DNA of 64,000 nt from Raja brachyura (lineage: Eukaryota): the NCBI GenBank assembly GCA_963514005.1, contig OY740807.1, forward strand, positions 20,646,001 through 20,710,000. The letters run 5' to 3'. This document shows, one piece after another, positions 48,701 to 57,700 of this stretch (position 1 is the first letter of the stretch; the number at the start of each line of letters is the position of its first letter). The notes beneath the pieces are model-generated. The model did not search any database. It saw only the letters and a list, made by a program, of their open reading frames with translations, and was not told the origin of the DNA. A program made the translations under genes and the position numbers.

Positions 48701-51700
48701 TGAGAAGGAGATGAGGAGACATTTATTTAGTCAGAGGGAGGTGATCTGTGGAATTCTTTGCCACAGAAGGCTGTAGTGGATATTTTTCAGGCAGAGATAG
48801 ATAGATTCTTGATTCGTACATATGCCAGAGGTTATGGGGAGAAGGCAGGAGAATGGGGTTAAAAGGGAAATATAGATCAGCCATGATTAGACTTGGAGTA
48901 GACTTGATGGGCCGAATGGCCTAATTCTACTCCTATACCTTATGACCTGATGACATAATCCAAGTTTGTCCAAGGTATCCATGTAGCTAATACTCTCTAA
49001 TCCAGGCAACCTCCTGGTGAACAACTTATGGGCCCTCTCCAAAGCCTTCACATTCTTCCTGCAATGCGGCGACCAAATTCACTGAAGCATAGAACATTCT
49101 AGGAGAGTCAATGGACTGGTTTTGGGTTTTGTTTTATTATTATTGCATGTAGCAACATGCAGCAGGGAGGACATCTCCTCTGGTAAAGGAATTGAGAAGC
49201 CATGACCTTGAATGATGGGTAGACAATTTAAGACTGAGATAAAGAGAGATTTCTCGATGCAGGCAATGATGAATCTCTGGAATTTTCCACCCTGGAGTAC
49301 TTTGGAAGCTCAGTCATTACATTAATTCAAAATTAAGGTCAATATTGAATATTGCAAGAAATGCTATTTTGCACATCTCTCCTCAAAATCTTATTTATTT
49401 CCATTGTTTTTGATTCAATTGCATATATCCAAGGTGTTTTTAATATTGCATTTTATTTATTTATTCATGTGGTGCTCTGCACCAGGTTTCAAGTTTCATG
49501 TCTTGACCTGAGGGTTATGATGTTAAGTGATTGGCTGTCATTTTGATAAAACTATTTTCATATTGAGAAACCAGTTTAAACAGGGATGGCAACGAGAAGA
49601 GTCATCATGCACCCCAGTACTGGGAATGATGAAATGTAAAATAAACAATATGCTGTTGTGCACAGTATTTTCATATTGTCAGCTCACAACTGTAGTTATT
49701 CTATCAAGAGATTCGCTTACACAATGCAATGGAAGCCTTGGAACGTCAGGCTGCTCTGCTAAAATATTAATCTTGCTGCATTAATTCCCTGCAACATCTA
49801 TCCTGGCTCCCTCTGCTGGATTAACAACAAACTGCAATACATGGCGGTTAATAGAGAGTTCATCCATTTTACCCATGAATCCCAAAGGCTCAGATTTTAC
49901 TGCATTGAGCCTCCTGCTCACACACATAGCTTGAGTTTGGTGCTAAACTGACCAGGTCTAGATCAGATCACTGATCTTGCTGGCCAAGGCTGCCCTGGAA
50001 CTTAGAGCTGCCCATCAAGCTTTTTTGATGGACTGTTTAAAAACAATTTTTTAATGAAATAAATAATTTTAAATTGTGAAAATTTAAGAATGGCCAAACA
50101 TTGAATATTAAATGACTAAAACATTAAAATAATTTAATAAAACGTAACAAAGATAGACACAAAATGCTGGAGTAACTTAGTGGGTCAGGCAGCATCTTTG
50201 AAGGAAATGGATAGGTGATGTTTTGGAATTCTTGTTTAGGTGGAGACCCTTCTTCAGTTTGATTTAGGGGTAAGGGGAACAGGAAGCAAGAACAGATTGG
50301 GACAAATCAGGGCCAGCAACAAATCAGGGCAGTTTCCTGATATGGTTGGTTGGTTGGTAATGGTTGGTATGGGACGATTTGATCCCAAGAGGGATACATT
50401 ATTCCACCAATTGTCATAAATTGATAACATGATTTATTATGAAATAATTAAAACTGATCATAAAATATAAAAATTACAAAATGCAACAGTGCATTCATGC
50501 TATTCTTCCTTAAAGCAATACAACCACAATTCAAATGAATAGACTTGCAATCCTGCACAAATGCTTGAGAGTTTCAGGAAGCTCCAGCTACAATTGTGGA
50601 CTCCATCTTGAGTCCAAGGGATAGACGAGTGCAGCAGGGAAGCTGCGTGCAGAGCCAGACTAGTACATTTGATATTTCCACATTCAAATAGTAGAGCCAC
50701 AACCAAGAACTATATGTGAAGGAATGAACTGCAGATGCTGGTTTAAATCGAAGATAGACACAAAATGCTGGAGTAACTCAGCGGGCCAGGCAGCACCTCT
50801 GGAGAGAAGGAATGGATGACGTTTCGGGTCGAGACCTTCTCTCCAGAGATGCTGCCTGTCCCGAGTTACTCCAGCATTTTGTGTCTACAAAGAACTGTAT
50901 GTTGCATTCATACCTCTATGCGGTTAGATTCAGTCTGGTTATGCAAAGAGACAAAGATAAATTAGGTTAAAAATTCCAAGTTAGGATATGGCTTATTTTA
51001 TTAGGCTTGATTTATCAAAAGTGGAATTCTAAGCAGCTACTCAAAGGTAAATTAGTTTCATAAAGGTAAATCAGAAGAATTAAGTAATTAAATTCAGAGA
51101 ATTCAGGATAAGTATATTCCACAGATAGAAAGGGTTAGACTGCTTACATCAAATAATGAGTGCAAATACTGACACTGGCAGATTATAGAAATGTTGAGAA
51201 GAGCATAAGAACAATAGAAATAGCACTGGCAATACACCATTCAGCCTCATGGGTCTGCTCTGTCATTTAACAAGATCACGGCTGATCTTCTACGTCATGC
51301 CGCTTTTGTGCCCTATTCCCATATCCATCAATTCCTTTTTTTATTTAGGAATAAGTTGATCTTGACTTTTAATGACATTAGTGAGTGAGCCAGGGTGGCG
51401 AATTCCAAAGGTTCACCAGCCTTTTGAGTGAAAGAAATAATCATTATTTCAGTGTGAAATAGATTTTCTAGGTTTGTGATCCCTAATTCTCAACACCTCT
51501 GTCAGGGAAACATCAACACAAACCGAGTCTAATTCCATACCACAATCTGTTTAGCCAAATTTCTTCCTGTTCTCTGTATTCAAGCCATCCCTCACTGACC
51601 ACAACCCAACCATCTTTTATTTTGCTCCTGTCCTCCTTATATGTCAAAGACTCTGAAATATTTAGCTCCCAGTTTGGGCCACCCTGCAGATCATATATAG

Positions 51701-54700
51701 ACACTGATATCATACTTAAGGGCCTGTCACACTAGCGCGCGATTAGACGCGATAAGCGTGACAAATTCGGACGCGGGGGTCGCGTGGGGGTCAGGCGATC
51801 CCGGTGCGAGTGAAGGGCCTGTCACACTAGCGCGCGATTACACGCGCGACGTCCGAAGGAAGGACGTTATTTTTCATCACGTGACGATGCGCATGAGCAT
51901 GCGCGTTGCACGACGTCGGGCAGTGACGTCATCACGCAACGCCACGCTGAAGACGCACAACGTCAAAACGTCATCACGTTCCGCGCGACAGGATTTTGCC
52001 GCGCGTAATTTTTAAGCAGTGTCGGTTTTTGGACACTACGCGCGATGTCGACACCAGCTCCACACGAGTCCGCGGAACTCCACCAGACTCCGGCGATCGC
52101 AGTGGGACAGGGTCACGCGAGGCCGGACGACTAAAGCGACCACGGTAGGTCGCGCTTATCGCGTCTAATCGCGCGCTAGTGTGACAGGCCCTTCATTTTC
52201 AGCTATTTGTCCTATTAATTAATCCATCGTTGTGGATACAGCATACATTTAGATGTGTCACCTTTAAATGTGGCCTTTTTAACAGTTTACAGTTCGCTGA
52301 ACTTACGCTTTCATTTCCATTGCCTATTTGTTCACTACATACACATGTTTCAATTCCAGGGATTTGTTTCTTTCCACCATAACCCTTCTCAGGTCCCAGG
52401 CCCTCTCTTAAGTGAGTTTATACCTCCTAAAAGCACCGGCAAATGCCCTGCGAGGATATGTGTAGAACATAGAACAATATGCACTTCAATTAAAGAGTCT
52501 GAAGGTACTGTGATCTGGACCAAAAAACGTGCTTCTCGAGCAACAGCAGCAGAGGCAGCGTTTATGGAGGCAGAGGAGTGGCTGATATTATAGGTCCAGA
52601 CCTGTATCAGTTTCTCAGCCTGAAGCGTCCATCATCCCTGTCTCCACAGATGATGCCTGGGCCACCGAGTTCTTTCAGCAGTTTGTTTTATTGCACTTCA
52701 ATTAAATTTGTATTAACAATCTAAATAATGTCGGGGATAAATTCCTACAATTGAGCCACGCTGTAATGGCTCGATTGTAATCATGCATTGTCTTTCTGCT
52801 GACTGGATAGCATGCAACAAAAGCTTTTTACAGTACCTCGGTATTGATAAGGTCCCACATAGGAGATTTGTGGGCAAAATTAGGGCACATGGTATTGGGG
52901 GTAGAGTGCTGACATGGATAGAAAATTGGTTGGCAGACAGGAAACAAAGAGTAGGGATTAATGGGTCTCTTTCAGAATGGCAGGCAGTGATTAGTGGGGT
53001 ACCGCATGGCTCAGTGCTGGGACCGCAGCTATTTACAATATACATCAATGATTTAGATGAAGGGATTCAAAGTAACATTAGCAAATTTGCAGATGACACA
53101 AAACTGGGTGGCAGTGTGAACAGTGAGGAGGATGCTATGAGAATGCAGGGTAACTTGGACAGCTTGGGTGAGTGGGCAGAGACATGGCAGATGCAATTTA
53201 ATGTGGATAAATGTGAGGTTATCCACTTTGGTAGCAAAATCAGGAAGGCAGATTATTATCTAAATGGTGTCAAGTTGGGAAAAGGGAAAGTACAACGGGA
53301 TCTGGGGATCCTTGTTCATCAGTCAATGAAAGTAAGCATGCAGGTACAGCAGGCAGTGAAGAAAGCAAGTGGCATGCTGGCCTTCATAACAAGAGGAGTT
53401 GCGTATAGGAGCAAAGAGGTGCTTCTGCAATTGTATAGGGCCCTAGTGCAACCACTAGGGTCCTATACAATTGGGCCCTAGTGGTTGCACTACTGTGTAC
53501 AGTTTTGGTTCCCTAATTTGAGGAAGGACAGCATAGATTTACAAGGTTAATTCCTGGGATGGCAGGATTGCCATATGCTAAGAGAATAGAACGGCTGGGA
53601 TTGTATACTCTGTAGTTTAGAAGGATGAGAGGGGATCTTATTGAAACATATAAGATTATTAAGGGTTTGGACATGTTGGAGGAGTCCAGAACCAAGGTTT
53701 TAGAATAAGGGGTAAGGTATTTAGAACGGAGATGAGGAAACACTTTTTCACACAGAGAGTTATGAGTCTGTGGACTTCTCTGCCTCACAGGATGGTGGAG
53801 GCCGATTCTCTGGATACTTTCAAGAGAGAGCTTGATAGGGCTCTTAGCGATAGTGGAGTCAGGGGATATGCGGAGAAGGCAGGAACGGGGTACTGATTGT
53901 GGATGATCAGCCATAATCACATTGAATGGTGGTGCTGGCTCGAAGGGCCGAATGACCTACTCCTTCACCTATTGTTTATTGTCTATTGTGTATCGGTACC
54001 CTTTACAATAAACTAAACTGATACTGAACTGAAACTGAAAGCATTGTAGACAAAAATGAGACGGCTTCTGGGGCTTGTCTTTCAATTAGTAAAGTTGGTG
54101 TTTTAATATTTACCACACAATAATTGTTAAGACAGCACAAGAGGAAATCAATTGGAATAGGAGATAAAGTAGGAGGGATTCTCTTTCTTTCGCACCTGTG
54201 CAGTTATCCATCCATTTTCTCCTCCTAACAGAGAAAGAGATAGTGACATTGGACCACGGCACCATGACTCTGAGGCTGAGAGACACCGTCGCCGATCAAG
54301 AAGTTATTCACCGATCAGAAAACGAAGGAGGGATTCGCCCAGCTTCATGGAGCCCCGTCGGATTACAAGGTACACCATCTGGAGGCCCCAGCTGCCATTC
54401 TTCAATTGGGTTTGTTTAGGATACAGGCATGGATTTGATAAAGGAAGAAAACATTACTGACTATGCATCTTTTCAGCTATTCAGATTTCATTTTACCGTG
54501 AGTATAGTGATATTTTAGCAAGGGTATAAGGGTTGATTTAACAGATTCCCTACATGGCCAAATGGTGACTTTTGGACTTCCTCCTGTACTATATGTTCTC
54601 ATTTATAACCTTCTTACTAAACCTTCTTTCATAGGGAATGTATTAAGTTGTAGGTGGGATGTGAAGACTGCATTCTTTATCGTTAGTTTATGTACTTTGA

Positions 54701-57700
54701 AATCTTCTGAATGCTAACTTTGGCTTGTTCTATTTGGCTATTAGACAGCTAGTCTAAGAAGATGAGGTGCAGCATATCGTCCAAAGTATGTATGTTCTTC
54801 TATCTCTTCACTAGCGACGTTCTTCGTTTAGTACATTTAAGTATACTTATTGACAACTTTTACTAGAATAGAAAGTCCTTCAGAGGTGGAATTATATTCC
54901 TTGCTTCAGTGATCTTGGCAGGAAAGCTTTCAAAATAGCTGACTATCAAATTATAGCAAGTCTGGTTTTTGATGCTCACAGTGCTCGCTGAAAGTGCTGT
55001 TGACCCCACTTAGCTAAATATCTATCTGTTCCATTACATAGTGCAGTAAGCTGATAGTAAGTTGGAGTCCAGCAGCTTCTGTGTGCCAACTGGTAGCCAG
55101 ATGCAGATTATCTTGGTGCGCACAGGCAGATGGAGCCACAGGTATATAAAGCTAAAACCACAAGGAAGGGCATCAGGGGAGTAGAGGTTTTCCACCTAGA
55201 GATGTGTGCACCACTACCCCACCCCTTCAACCTGCCCTGTGCTATCATGATCCTCTCCCATGCCTCGGATCCTCTCCACTACAAGACAGCCACAGAGAGA
55301 GCTCTGTCATAGTGTCACCACCTCTCTCACCCCTCGCCCATTTAATCCCACAGATTAGGTTTCAATGCGTTTTAGAGGGAGGAAATTATAACAATTTCTG
55401 AAAATAAAATACCGCAGATTTGTATTTTACTTTTGATTGAACCCAGATTTGATAGGAGCTGTACCCACTGAACCACCAAGTAAGAAGGAAATCGAACTTC
55501 TAGGATGTGCTGTTTTATTTGCTGGATCTAAAATGTAATCTGATTTTGGAGAAGATTTAAATTGTTATCCTTCTTCCTACAGAATAACACAGCAACAAAA
55601 CAAAAGTTTTATTTCATTCAGATTTTCACTTTATATTGAAAGAAAATCCCTTAATTTAGTCAGAATCTAACCTAGTGTCTAACCAGAATCTAACCGCCTT
55701 GATCCTTTACAGGATCTCAAGAACTCGGGTTAAAAAAAAACAGCTTGTTGACTGTTCTAGATTACCACTGGTTAATAAATTCTGCACAACATAACAATCA
55801 TACTAAACTAAAGTACACTGGTTACTAAACAACTGAAAACACTCACTGGAAGTGAATTGTTTTTTGAGATGTGTGAAAGACAAAGTAAGACACTTGCTGT
55901 TGTTGGTAAATGTTGAACACTGGTGATCATTGATAAGTCGGTGATTGATAAGTCAGCTGATTAATTTGAGTTGCAGTAATTATTTGTTCCACCTACATCT
56001 GATTCTGGTAATGCTCCATGTACATCATTACATTGTCAACATTTTGGGGCTTACGTTCCTTTGGATGATTTGAGCCACGTATAAAGGTGTTCCATATTTA
56101 ACATTATTATTCTCCATGTGGATGATTTAAACTCAAGGCCCTGAAAAGGCTTTCGTTTTATGCTGCTCCAAGTTGCTTAACTTTGTTTCAGTTTGTCTTG
56201 TGTCTCATTTTTTTCCTCCCATTTGAAGGTTTGGTGAAGATTGCTCCATCCGATTCTGGTTACCTGGGTAACCGCTGCTCTGCATTGGAGTGACGCTATC
56301 CCACCTTGAACCCCCATTGTGAGGCAGTTAAAGAAGAGCATCCCATCACTGTACGGCCAACATTTGTCGCTCTGTCCCTACTGAAACATTTAAGTAGTAT
56401 CTCATCACAGTGGAAGCTTCTCTGTTGATGAGTCACTTTAACCTAATCTATTGTGCAAACTTTCAGAGTGTACTTACAATTCAGCTGATGTCGTGGTGTT
56501 GGAACTTGGTGCCTTTAACTACTTTTCATCGCTGCTTCTGTCCACAGGACCCACATTTTATTGTAATCCCCATTTTCCCCAAGTCAACAATGAACAAGTC
56601 ACAAAATCTGTAGATGCAGGTAGCAAGATTCTGACCCAACATTAGTTACACTAAGTCTTAAGGTTGCAAGTCTACAAAATCACTTGGGAGGGGAAGTCAA
56701 CAGGTTAGCAGAGTTGCCTTTCATTTCCAAGCAATAAATCTAGTGGAGTAAGTGATGGCTGTAAGTATTGTGTGATGAATGAAGCTGGGTCGTGTCCACC
56801 TTGTTAACTTTGCATCAAAATCATCAAAGTTGCCATGAAAGATCACATGCAAAACAAAAAGGCAAATAGTTAAGGGAACTTTGAGGAATAACTGTGTGCA
56901 TGACTACGAAGTGGTGGCCTACTGTTTCAGGAAACCTTTTTGGTTGCAACTGAGAAGTTCTGTCCCATCTAAGTCTTTTGCACTAAGTCCCATTCAATAC
57001 TGAGGAAGTTAAAGTCACCCACTACCACAATAATGTTCTTCTCGACCATTGAAAACATATAGTCAAGCAATTTGATAGTAATTGACCATTTCAGCCATTT
57101 GGCTGATTGCTACACTCCAGCTTCTGATGGGGCAGAATAGAGTAATAACATCCCAATAGGATGCATTTTCAGTTCAGACTTTTATTATTGGAGTGATATT
57201 CTTTATATAGAATAAACATTAAAAGGTACAATGTAGAACAAAGTGCATCCCACATGGACATCATCTGAGTCTGGTACAGATCTGATCTTGTACAAAATTG
57301 AATCTTTGCTTCCTTGCTAACAGCAGCAAATTGCACAGCCAACTAACAGATTATGGTCTTGCTCTTTGGGGCTGCAAGTTTATGAAGGACTGCTCACTGG
57401 TGAATATTTCATAAAATTCTTTAGAATCCTCATTTGAAAGCAATTCAGGTTCATTTTGCCCATTTTACCCAATAACACTTTCACCTTTTTTTAAATTTCC
57501 ATTTTATTTCCATTTTGAACTGCTAGCAATTTGGCATAGTGAAGGCAGGAAAATTCAGACATCAGTAAATACTCTAAACCTGCTCATGTGGTAGCATTCA
57601 TTTCAGAACACATGGACCCAAAGGAAAAGGCAAATGAGCTGAATGCTAATATTTTTTTGGATCATTGGTATCTCCACTTTGCTTTACTATACTGCTAACC

